Made by a program: the position numbers and the translations under genes. DNA of 26,960 bases from a virus (taxonomy: Duplodnaviria > Caudoviricetes): positions 1 through 26,960 of IMG/VR virus record IMGVR_UViG_3300046717_000179; one strand, given 5' to 3'. The notes below the pieces were generated by a model, which worked only from the letters and a program-made list of their open reading frames with translations, was not told where the DNA came from and ran no database searches. This document shows, piece by piece, positions 16,955 through 24,424 of the stretch (within the stretch, counting starts at the first letter, position 1; each line of letters opens with the position of its first letter).

Positions 16955-17356
16955 TTAGCGCCGGCAACGCCATGACCGGCCATTGACCCAGACCTTCTGC
17001 AGGCCGTGCGCCGTGCAGATGTTGCGCTCGGCGCGCGGCGGTGGTGGAGGCGGCTTGGCAGCGGCCTCCGGCGATGGCAGGACGAGCTCGGCCGGCTGCA
17101 CCGGAGCCGGGATCAGCGGCGGCGCGACGTATTGAGGCGGTGGCGGTGGCGGTGCTGGCGCCAACGGGATCACCCGGACGGCCTTCGGACCCGGCACGAT
17201 CCGATCGCCTTTCGCCGCGATCGTATCGCGTTGGCTGGCAAATATCGCCGCCGCCATGATCAGCGTTCCCGCCATGACGCCGCCGGCAACAATCAGCGTG
17301 ATAAGCTTCGCGGTCAGGCTCGGGCCGATCGGGGTATTTCGGGGAAACGTTGCCAT
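16955..17356 (-). CDS. Membrane-anchored Pro-rich protein with C-terminal Cys pair
   Basis: One TM segment, poly-Pro stalk, NICTAHGLQKVWVNGRSWRCRR tail; SD AGGA. Confidence 0.7.
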   Translation of the reverse strand: MATFPRNTPIGPSLTAKLITLIVAGGVMAGTLIMAAAIFASQRDTIAAKGDRIVPGPKAVRVIPLAPAPPPPPPQYVAPPLIPAPVQPAELVLPSPEAAAKPPPPPPRAERNICTAHGLQKVWVNGRSWRCRR

Positions 17357-17430
17357 ATTCCTGCTTTTGAATATGACAGTTATATCAATGTCTTATGAGG
17401 TATTCTGACATAACATGGTGGTATGGCAAC
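17349..17430. other. Candidate attP region
   Basis: AT-rich gap next to the int 3' end; inverted arms TGCCATATTC-8 bp-GAATATGACA (17351-17378), IHF consensus TATCAATGTCTTA (17383-17395), second pair TGACATA-N9-TATGGCA (17406-17428). Confidence 0.55.
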
Positions 17431-17440
17431 ACGCATTGTT

Positions 17441-18436
17441 TCAGTCCTTTACGCCATGGTTTTTGTTGGACATACCAAAGTTACGTTCCGCGAACGTTTC
17501 CAGGTGCAGGACGGCCGCCAGGGCGTTCTCCCGCTGCACCGAGAACCGGCAATATTTGGCGACCATCTCGATCGACATGCCGACCATGTCGGCGATCTGG
17601 GACTCGGTCGCTCCTGCCCTGCGGAGCCTCACACATGCGGTCCCGCGCAGCCCGTGGACCACGAGGCCCTTGTCCTTGAGGGGCGCCCAGGCGGGGTCTA
17701 GGACGAGGTTATCAATGCGCAGCGGGGCGAGCTCGGCAATGTTGTCCCGCGCGTAGGTCCAGGCATTCGAGAGTGACTTCCGGCTCCAGGGGCGCCCGTC
17801 CTGTTTCACGAGAAACGGGCCGGGTCGGCGCTCCCACGTTGCCATCCGAGTGGCGAGCTCGGCGGTGATCGGCACCCATATGCGCTTTTTCGTCTTCTGC
17901 TGGGTGACGTTGACGCCCTGGACGCCCTTGTAGATCTCGATATCGGTCGGGCTAATGCGGACCAGATCTGACCCGCGCTGGCCCGTGTTGGCCGCCAAGG
18001 TGATGGCGCGCGCCAGGTCGGGTGGCGCGTGCCGCTCGCCCAGCGCCACCTGGTCGTCAGTCCACGGGACATGGCCGCCGTCCGAGTGGCCGATCTCGAC
18101 CCCCGTGGTGATCGGCCTTGGCAGCAGATCGCGCACCACGGCCCATTTTTCCAATTGCTTGAAGGCGCCCATGGCCGACCGCTGCTTGCCCGGCAGTCCG
18201 TCCATCCCGTCCATGTAGGCTTGGACGAGCGACGGGCGCATCTCCTGCAGGGAAATGGCGCCGAGGCAGTCCGGGCGCATGGCGCGCACGAGTTCCCGCC
18301 CCCACGACTCCTTAGTGGACGGGGAATAGCCGCGCGACCACTTCGGGTTGGCCGGCGACATGAACAGCCGGACCAGCGCCGCGAAGCAGTCCTCAGTGAC
18401 CCTGCCGGCCTTCGGCCGCTGCCCTTCGGGAGCCAT
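17441..18436 (-). CDS. int: Tyrosine recombinase / integrase
   Basis: Catalytic set NTGQR, QQKT, HGLR, MVG, AKY; start placed at ATG 18436 after GAGG. Confidence 0.92.
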   Translation of the reverse strand: MAPEGQRPKAGRVTEDCFAALVRLFMSPANPKWSRGYSPSTKESWGRELVRAMRPDCLGAISLQEMRPSLVQAYMDGMDGLPGKQRSAMGAFKQLEKWAVVRDLLPRPITTGVEIGHSDGGHVPWTDDQVALGERHAPPDLARAITLAANTGQRGSDLVRISPTDIEIYKGVQGVNVTQQKTKKRIWVPITAELATRMATWERRPGPFLVKQDGRPWSRKSLSNAWTYARDNIAELAPLRIDNLVLDPAWAPLKDKGLVVHGLRGTACVRLRRAGATESQIADMVGMSIEMVAKYCRFSVQRENALAAVLHLETFAERNFGMSNKNHGVKD

Positions 18437-18653
18437 TTCTGATCCTCTCGGCCAAGCTGTCCGGGCTGCTGTCCGCGCTCCCGACACTAAGCCGTTCGTC
18501 TACCTCTGACCATTTCCACATGAGTTTTCCACCGCGCTTGCGGGGAGGGGGCAGAATGCCCTGGACGACCCAGGTGTCGATCGTGGTGTCGCCGGCGCAA
18601 ATGCACTTCGCCAGGGTGGCTTTGTCGACCCAGGGTGGCGGCCAGTCGCTCAT
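18393..18653 (-). CDS. xis: Excisionase / AlpA-like winged HTH
   Basis: TIDTWVVQGILPPPRKRGGKLMWKWSEVD pattern; directly upstream of and overlapping int. Confidence 0.8.
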   Translation of the reverse strand: MSDWPPPWVDKATLAKCICAGDTTIDTWVVQGILPPPRKRGGKLMWKWSEVDERLSVGSADSSPDSLAERIRNGSRRAAAEGRQGH

Positions 18654-19066
18654 TTCCGGCGCTCCCGTGCAGCAAAGACAAGTTCCCTCATGGCCGCCAG
18701 GTCGCCCGACTTGGCGAACAGCGCGACCGCGAGGCCGACCGGGTCGAGGTCGAGCCCGCGCCAGAAGGTCACCTCGCCGATCGCGTGCTGCTCCCGATGA
18801 CATGCGCCGCAGAGTGGCAGTGCCCAGCGGTCCCCGGGCTTTAACGAGGTGCCGCCGCCGGTGCCGAGACGCACGTGAGCCGCTTCGCAGCCGTTGTCGC
18901 TATCGCACGAGATGCACGGCAACCGGCGCACCAGCGCGAGGTGCCCCGCGGCGATCTCGCGCTTGGGCCGGCGGCCGTGCTTGCTCTCGCGCATCTGCTT
19001 GAGCAGGCTGCCGACCGCAGAAACTTTCGACACACGTCCGGCTCTCATGCTCTTTGCTCCGGCCAT
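18650..19066 (-). CDS. DUF968-like Zn-binding putative nuclease
   Basis: HLALVRRLPCISC, EAAHVR, KPGDRWALPLCGACHREQH. Confidence 0.8.
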   Translation of the reverse strand: MAGAKSMRAGRVSKVSAVGSLLKQMRESKHGRRPKREIAAGHLALVRRLPCISCDSDNGCEAAHVRLGTGGGTSLKPGDRWALPLCGACHREQHAIGEVTFWRGLDLDPVGLAVALFAKSGDLAAMRELVFAARERRK

Positions 19067-19509
19067 ACTCTCTTTGGTTCAGTAAGAGCGCGCTCGTCTG
19101 TCCAACCATTCTGTAATCGGCGCTTGACCATGGAATAGTTGAGGCCTGCGCGCTCAACAGCGTCGGGCAGCGACATTCTCTCGCCACGAAATTCCACTGT
19201 TCGGCTACGCTGGGTGTTTCGTTGCTGTATCTTCTTGGGAGCCCAGCGACAATTCTCAGGCTCATAGTTCCCATGTACATTTACGCGGTCGATCGAATAG
19301 CTCTGCGATGGTTTGGGTCCCATATCGGTCAGAAAAGCCTCGAAACTTTCGCGCCATCGTTCACACACGCGAATTCCGCGAGCACCATAAGATGAATATC
19401 GTTGTGAACTGGGGCGTTCGCATCGTGCAATCATGTTGCGCCAAGCGATATATTCTGCTGAAAATCCAGAACGGCGCGCATGACCGTGTTTTGTGGTGTT
19501 ATTGCTCAT
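19045..19509 (-). CDS. HNH-type endonuclease (free-standing, homing-like)
   Basis: WRNMIARC, YGARGIRVCERW, SIDRVNVHGNYEPENCRWA...QQRN; lower GC; overlaps both neighbours. Confidence 0.85.
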   Translation of the reverse strand: MSNNTTKHGHARRSGFSAEYIAWRNMIARCERPSSQRYSSYGARGIRVCERWRESFEAFLTDMGPKPSQSYSIDRVNVHGNYEPENCRWAPKKIQQRNTQRSRTVEFRGERMSLPDAVERAGLNYSMVKRRLQNGWTDERALTEPKRVWPEQRA

Positions 19510-19982
19510 GATCTGGAAGCCTCTAGAGCGTATCTTCCGTCTACCATTTCAATCAGTTCCCGCCGTACGTCCTCAGGAGTAACGCCCGGATGCATCCAAC
19601 GGGTCGCCACCACTCTGCAAGCCTCCTCGAACCAACGCGCGAATTCGTTTTGCTCCATAGCTGCCCATGCGGTCGATTTTGGCACGTAGCAGACGCGGCC
19701 GGTTTCCGCGTCAACGAACGTGTCGACAAGTCCGGTCGCGAGTTTCAAGGCAACGTGTATCTTTTCGAGCGGAACGCCTTCAAAGCGCGGTGCGTGCATT
19801 TGGATGAACTTAATCGTTGCCCAATAGAGCCTGTGAAATCTCGGATTTCGGTGGCGCTTCACCTCGCAGCCTACATCGCGGCCGTCCTTCAGCTTGTGCA
19901 ACAGGTCGGCGCCCTCGTCATCGACCGACACAAGGCAAGGCCGCCCGGCAATGTTGGTTTTCCGCAGGATGACTTCGGTCAT
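19506..19982 (-). CDS. DUF1367-like protein
   Basis: RHRNPRFHRLYWA and PKSTAWAAMEQNEF motifs; recombination-module context. Confidence 0.75.
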   Translation of the reverse strand: MTEVILRKTNIAGRPCLVSVDDEGADLLHKLKDGRDVGCEVKRHRNPRFHRLYWATIKFIQMHAPRFEGVPLEKIHVALKLATGLVDTFVDAETGRVCYVPKSTAWAAMEQNEFARWFEEACRVVATRWMHPGVTPEDVRRELIEMVDGRYALEASRS

Positions 19983-20230
19983 GGCGAGAACCAGTGGTTT
20001 CGATACAGCTTTGCTCGCGCGGTATGCTCTGCCTCCGCATCACCATTGAGCACGCCGTGCAGCAGACCTCGCAATTCGACATTGGCCGCGCGCAGTTTCA
20101 GCACCTCAGCCTCTAGCTGGCGCATGATGATGATCTCGGCGGCCAGTGTCGCGATGCGCTGGTCGCGCTCGTCCAGCATCCGGCGCACGATGTCCATCTC
20201 GACGGCCATGTCGGGGCCGGCATCCGGCAT
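19979..20230 (-). CDS. Small coiled-coil hypothetical protein
   Basis: SD AGGAG before ATG 20230; ATGA overlap with next gene. Track start 20590 is over-extended. Confidence 0.65.
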   Translation of the reverse strand: MPDAGPDMAVEMDIVRRMLDERDQRIATLAAEIIIMRQLEAEVLKLRAANVELRGLLHGVLNGDAEAEHTARAKLYRNHWFSP

Positions 20231-20247
20231 TTCATTCTCCTGATGGT

Positions 20248-20397
20248 CCCCGAGGCTCTGGGGTTCCGGGCGGGGTGCCCTTTTTCCAAAGCCTCGGGGT
20301 TGCCGTCCAGACGAGAGCACGGGGCACCGTGTGCCGCCTGAACAACCGGAATGGTGAGGCCCCGGCAGCGGGGGCGACTGGATGCCACCGGAGCCTC
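20248..20397 (-). ncRNA. Candidate structured RNA element (tandem hairpins with C-rich loops)
   Basis: Two 14-bp stems (20356-20397 and 20248-20299) whose non-Watson-Crick pairs are G-U only on the minus (transcribed) strand; GGCAC-ACG-GTGCC hairpin between them. Confidence 0.4.
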
Positions 20398-20405
20398 GTA
20401 GCGGC

Positions 20406-21047
20406 TTAGGCGTTGAGGTGCCTACGCCGTTTCGCAAATCCCCACAGGGCGAAGCACCCGGCGAGCAGACCCGGCAGGCCGGCGCCGACGACCGGACCCG
20501 GCACCGCCGTTGCCGCAACGTCGATGCGGTAGTGCTCGAAGTCGGTGAGGTTGCCGGATGTGACGACTCTGAACGAGTCGATCGTTTCACCGTTGATGGC
20601 GCTCAGGGTGAACCCGGACTGTGACGACAGACTTAGCGTGCCGAGAGCAAACGTGAACAGCTTCTGGGTGCCGTTCGCTTCGTCAGCGATCACGAACGCA
20701 GTTGCATCTCCGCTGCCCTTCAAAGAAAAGACATCGGTTTGCGTCTGCAACACGTGAAGGCCGGTCGTGTCGAAGACCTGAACTTTCAGGTCGTTGGTGT
20801 CGGCGATCTTGATGTCGTTGCCGTTCGCCGCTCCAGTGAAACCGAGGCAGCCGCCCAGGCAACTGAAATCAACGAGCCCTTGGTGGGTGCCGTTGAAGCT
20901 GCCAACTGCAACATTGGTGACACTGTTGAAGCTGTCGAACACTACGTTGTCGCCGGTGCCGGACAGGTGGTTGTCGATGATAACGTCGGCGAAAGCAGGC
21001 GAGGCAAGCGCCGCCAGGAGGGCGGTCGTCGCAAGCAAGCTTTTCAT
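20406..21047 (-). CDS. Exported surface protein with PEP-CTERM-like (VPGPxxGAGLPG) sorting signal
   Basis: Signal peptide MKSLLATTALLAALASPAFA|D; C-terminal VPGPVVGAGLPGLLAGCFALWGFAKRRR (motif, TM, basic tail). Confidence 0.85.
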   Translation of the reverse strand: MKSLLATTALLAALASPAFADVIIDNHLSGTGDNVVFDSFNSVTNVAVGSFNGTHQGLVDFSCLGGCLGFTGAANGNDIKIADTNDLKVQVFDTTGLHVLQTQTDVFSLKGSGDATAFVIADEANGTQKLFTFALGTLSLSSQSGFTLSAINGETIDSFRVVTSGNLTDFEHYRIDVAATAVPGPVVGAGLPGLLAGCFALWGFAKRRRHLNA

Positions 21048-21076
21048 GTTTGTATCCTTGTTCACATGTGAAAGGC

Positions 21077-21289
21077 TCATTCCCTGCACTCGGTGTTTAT
21101 TTCATGCGGCCCCCCTTTCGTTTCTCGTTTCCGCCGGTCGATCCAGGTCGCCAGCAGATCGCGCGTGATGTGCGCGTTTTCGTAATGATATCCCCAGGCT
21201 CCGGGCCGCGTCGCCTCGACCCATTTGAAATATTCGCGCGATAACTCGCGCAGCGTCATCTCGGCGAACGGCTTGCATTCGATGATCAT
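21077..21289 (-). CDS. Hypothetical protein (70 aa)
   Basis: SD GGAGG, ATGA overlap with exonuclease stop. Confidence 0.6.
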   Translation of the reverse strand: MIIECKPFAEMTLRELSREYFKWVEATRPGAWGYHYENAHITRDLLATWIDRRKRETKGGPHEINTECRE

Positions 21290-21915
21290 GCGGCCTCCCG
21301 CAGCGGGTAGAGCCTGCGAAGATCGTCAACCTTTCGATCAAGCTCGCCGAGGAATTCGATCACGTCATTTTCCAGTCTCGCGATCAGCGCCTCGCCGCGG
21401 TGCTGTCGCGCGATAAACAAGCGCATGTTTTCTGGCATTCTGGGATCGAATGAAATGTAGTCGCACCATTGGCGACCGGTGCAGGCCATCTGCCATTCCA
21501 TTTGCAAAATATATTTAGATGGTATGACTCCGCTGAGCAGCGTCTCGATGTGCGTGGCTGTGTTGGGGCACTTGATCTCGACCAGACCATCATCGCCCAC
21601 GAGGCCATCGGGGCTCGCGCCGGTCATCTCGATCACTGGATGGTCAATGAAGCCGGCCGGCTCGACCGTGTTGTCAGTGTGGAATTCATACGCTGCGCGT
21701 GCCAGCGGCTCGGTATCGATGCCGTGCTGCATGGCCGCATTCGTGTAGCTCTCGGCCGGCACGCCGGTCAGCCGCTCGGCGACAAGCTGCGCCATGTAGT
21801 TCGCGCGAGATGCGCTATAGCCGCTCTTGGTTTTCGCGAGCGCATCGGCAAGGCGCGAGGCCGTCAGTTTGCCGATCCGCTGCGCAAACCACGCGCTCGA
21901 TCCCTGCTCGATCAT
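21286..21915 (-). CDS. YqaJ / lambda-exonuclease family protein
   Basis: EQGSSAWFAQRIGKLTAS, GASPDGLV, VEIKCP, QMEWQMACTGR. Confidence 0.93.
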   Translation of the reverse strand: MIEQGSSAWFAQRIGKLTASRLADALAKTKSGYSASRANYMAQLVAERLTGVPAESYTNAAMQHGIDTEPLARAAYEFHTDNTVEPAGFIDHPVIEMTGASPDGLVGDDGLVEIKCPNTATHIETLLSGVIPSKYILQMEWQMACTGRQWCDYISFDPRMPENMRLFIARQHRGEALIARLENDVIEFLGELDRKVDDLRRLYPLREAA

Positions 21916-22655
21916 CGCTTCGCCACCTTGGCATTGAGTGCGCTAACCGCCTCGTCGAAACGCTTGGCGGGTATTTCAGCGAGCGACGGCACCTTGAGGT
22001 ACGCGCAGAACCGCATCTTGTCGGCGCCGACCTCGTCGCAGAGGTGGATCAGCTCGGCGAGTTGCTCGGGCGAGATCGCGCCGCCGTTGCCGGACGCGGC
22101 GCCGTCATCGTCCGCGCTTGCCGCGAGCCCGAGCGCCGCCTTGAGCGAATAGCGCTGTAAATATGTGAGCGCCGAACCGAGTGCCTGTATCGCGTTCTTC
22201 GAGCCCGACGTGTCGGCGTTGGCACAGAGGGTATTTTCCTCGGCGTGACCTTCTGCATGGAATATGATGCAGGTCACGCTGATGACGTTGTTTTCCGTGT
22301 GGGTGCGGAAGCGATAGCCGAGCCCGTGCTTGGACAGGATCGGGTCTACCGCCCGTGCGATCGCAGCCATGTCCTCGTATTTGTACTGCGTGCGGCCGTT
22401 GCCGGCATTCATCTCGCGGTTTTTGATGATGACCGGTATCTCGGCTTTGGCCTCAGAGATGGCCGCGTCGAATGCCTTGCGCGCGTTCCGCGCTTCCCAG
22501 CGCTCTTGCAGGTCCATGATCTTCTCGGCGAGCGCCGTGTTGCCGGCCGCGACCGCCATGGACAGCATGGCCTGCGGCGTGACCGGCGTCGTCATGGGAA
22601 GTGGCGTGCTGCCGTTTGCTGGAAGGTTCACGATTTCGGCTTCGGTGGTCGTCAT
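21912..22655 (-). CDS. erf: ERF-family ssDNA annealing protein
   Basis: SKNAIQALGSALTYLQRYSLKAALGL...DDDG signature. Confidence 0.92.
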   Translation of the reverse strand: MTTTEAEIVNLPANGSTPLPMTTPVTPQAMLSMAVAAGNTALAEKIMDLQERWEARNARKAFDAAISEAKAEIPVIIKNREMNAGNGRTQYKYEDMAAIARAVDPILSKHGLGYRFRTHTENNVISVTCIIFHAEGHAEENTLCANADTSGSKNAIQALGSALTYLQRYSLKAALGLAASADDDGAASGNGGAISPEQLAELIHLCDEVGADKMRFCAYLKVPSLAEIPAKRFDEAVSALNAKVAKR

Positions 22656-22747
22656 GCGAACAGCCTCAGCAGGATCATGCCGGCGCCGATGAACAGCGAG
22701 AGCGCACATATTGCGGCAAAGTCGGAAGCTTCACGATCAAGCGACAC
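22652..22747 (-). CDS. 31-aa hydrophobic peptide (not in the ORF track)
   Basis: SD GGAG, GTG start, MSLDREASDFAAICALSLFIGAGMILLRLFA*, ATGA overlap with erf start. Confidence 0.6.
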   Translation of the reverse strand: MSLDREASDFAAICALSLFIGAGMILLRLFA

Positions 22748-22771
22748 GGTAGTTTCTCCGGTTGTCAGGGT

Positions 22772-22945
22772 TCAATTGCGCACGGCCATCATCGACTCGT
22801 GAATGCACATCTTCCCGCCCGTGTCGTCGAACCGAACGATAAACCATCCATCGCCCGGAAGCGGCAACTCGCTCTTGCGCGGCCGCACAATGGTTCCCGT
22901 CGCACTGTGCTCGTAAAGCGTCGTGATCCTGTCGCCGATGTTCAT
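22772..22945 (-). CDS. Small SH3/KOW-like beta protein (57 aa)
   Basis: SD AAGGAGG; MNIGDRI...TGTIV...FIVRFDD pattern. Confidence 0.7.
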   Translation of the reverse strand: MNIGDRITTLYEHSATGTIVRPRKSELPLPGDGWFIVRFDDTGGKMCIHESMMAVRN

Positions 22946-22958
22946 TGCCTTGCCCTCC

Positions 22959-23345
22959 TTATTCAGCGGCGCGCAAACCACGCGCGTATTCCAGCCCGGC
23001 ATTGGCCTCGACGAAGTCGATCACCGTGTCGGGGGGCATGTCGCTCGGGTCGAGGCGGTTTGCCACTTCGATCGCGATTGCCTCGGTCACGTCGTCGGCG
23101 GTGTGCTCGACGACATTGAAGGCATAGACCTTCATGACGTGCACGACGTTGCCGCTGATGATGTCCTCGATCACGGACGCCCGCGAGCAACTGTCTTCCA
23201 ACGATCGCTCGGCGAAGTAGCCGGCCGTCTCTTGGTGGGCGCAGAGGACCGCGTAGTGGGTGACGTCGCGGGCCGCGATTGCGCGCAGCGTCGTCGGGTG
23301 CGACAGATCCTCGGGGTAGTCATTCGGGGTGGGGTCATTGGGCAT
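22959..23345 (-). CDS. Acidic hypothetical protein, first gene of the leftward early operon
   Basis: SD GGAG before ATG 23345, just downstream of the PL-like promoter. Confidence 0.7.
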   Translation of the reverse strand: MPNDPTPNDYPEDLSHPTTLRAIAARDVTHYAVLCAHQETAGYFAERSLEDSCSRASVIEDIISGNVVHVMKVYAFNVVEHTADDVTEAIAIEVANRLDPSDMPPDTVIDFVEANAGLEYARGLRAAE

Positions 23346-23374
23346 GTGGGTGGTGCTCCGTTGTTGTGGGAGCA

Positions 23375-23426
23375 TTTGTACGCCAGATGTACAGGACGGT
23401 CAATAGGAATGTGCGCCCCACGCACA
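23375..23426 (-). promoter_or_regulatory. PL-like promoter with two 17-bp operators
   Basis: TTGACC-17-TACAAA on minus strand (23403-23375); operators TGTACG-N5-TGTACA (23377-23393) and TGTGCG-N5-CGCACA (23410-23426). Confidence 0.8.
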
Positions 23427-23468
23427 ATTATTTTCGTGCGCCGCTAAGTCAATGAGTTTTTGGTGGAA

Positions 23469-23774
23469 TCAGGGGTCGGCCTTGACGATCGTCTTGGCGA
23501 TGTCAACGATCATCCGCCGCTCGTTCGGCTTCGCCTGCTGCCAAACCGACCAGATGTCCACCGGGTCGGATGGATCCCGCTCCAACAGGGTGAAGGGGTG
23601 CGTCCCAAGGGCTTTTGCAACGGCTTCCAGCGTGGGCTGGGAGTACGGCTGCAGCCCGCGCTCGATCCGCGACAGGCTCGCGTGGGTGATCCCTATTCGG
23701 GCCGCAAGCTGCTCCAGCGTGAGGTTGCGGAACTCACGCCACTGCCGGATATAGGTAAGCTGGTACTGGGCCAT
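23469..23774 (-). CDS. cI-like XRE repressor without peptidase domain
   Basis: IRQWREFRNLTLEQLAARIGITHASLSRIERG; divergent from Cro-like gene; flanked by operators. Confidence 0.88.
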   Translation of the reverse strand: MAQYQLTYIRQWREFRNLTLEQLAARIGITHASLSRIERGLQPYSQPTLEAVAKALGTHPFTLLERDPSDPVDIWSVWQQAKPNERRMIVDIAKTIVKADP

Positions 23775-23793
23775 ATTCTGGTCGCCTGTACCG

Positions 23794-23875
23794 AGTGCGT
23801 ACCACGAACAAGATTACGGTAAATGTTTCCGCATGTACAAGGGGGTTGACGAACAATGTGCGTCGGGCGTACAAA
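23794..23875 (+). promoter_or_regulatory. PR-like promoter with operators
   Basis: TTGACG-18-TACAAA (23846-23875); operators TGTGCG-N5-CGTACA (23857-23873), AGTGCG-N5-CGAACA (23794-23810) and a weaker one at 23823-23839. Confidence 0.8.
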
Positions 23876-23881
23876 TGGGCA

Positions 23882-24088
23882 ATGCACCTGTCCGACTACA
23901 TGGCCGCCAAGAACCTCTCGGATGAGGAGGTTGCTTCCGCTATTCGGCGTTCCCGCCCAACGGTGAGCCGGATCCGGCGCAAGCGCGTGCGGCCCGATTG
24001 GGAAACGCTGCGGCGCATCGAGAAATTCACCGGCGGCCGCGTGACCGCATCCGACTTCACGCATATCGAAGCCGTGGCCGCCGAGTGA
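23882..24088 (+). CDS. Cro-like HTH protein, probably leaderless
   Basis: MHLSDYM...RSRPTVSRIRR...RIEKFTGGRVTASDF; ATG 6 nt after the -10 box with no SD. Confidence 0.85.
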   Translation: MHLSDYMAAKNLSDEEVASAIRRSRPTVSRIRRKRVRPDWETLRRIEKFTGGRVTASDFTHIEAVAAE

Positions 24089-24109
24089 CGACCTGAACGG
24101 GGACGATCG

Positions 24110-24424
24110 ATGCTGGTCGTCGAGCAGATCAAGCGCGCGGTGTGCCTCGAATTCGGCCTGTGCCGGGCCGAGATCGAGTCGCACATCAAGCGCCCGTCTG
24201 TCTCGACACCGCGAATGATCGGGATGGCGTTGGCGCGTCGACTGACGCGGATGTCGCTCGCGCAGATCGGGCAGAGATTTGGCGGCCGCGATCACACGAC
24301 GGTGGTGCACGCCTGCCGGCGGATCGACCCCTACGTGGTGATCGTGGCGCAAACGCTGCCGGCCACGGCGACGGCCGAGGAATGGGTCAAGGCGGTGTGG
24401 TCGGTGATGGAGATCCCGCGGTGA
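24110..24424 (+). CDS. Stand-alone DnaA C-terminal (domain IV) DNA-binding protein
   Basis: PRMIGMALARRLTRMSLAQIGQRFGGRDHTTVVHACRRI matches the DnaA signature; no AAA+ domain. Confidence 0.9.
   Translation: MLVVEQIKRAVCLEFGLCRAEIESHIKRPSVSTPRMIGMALARRLTRMSLAQIGQRFGGRDHTTVVHACRRIDPYVVIVAQTLPATATAEEWVKAVWSVMEIPR

Noticed and set aside
17403-17430. dif-like XerCD site
   Set aside because: CATAA...TATG spacing is suggestive, but the XerD-side arm matches poorly; better treated as part of the candidate attP.
18393-18487. Programmed frameshift fusing xis to int
   Set aside because: The 44-nt overlap has no obvious slippery heptamer, and int has its own GAGG and ATG at 18436.
24110-24424. Host dnaA gene marking a prophage boundary
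   Set aside because: Only domain IV is present and it is embedded in the cro-replication operon.
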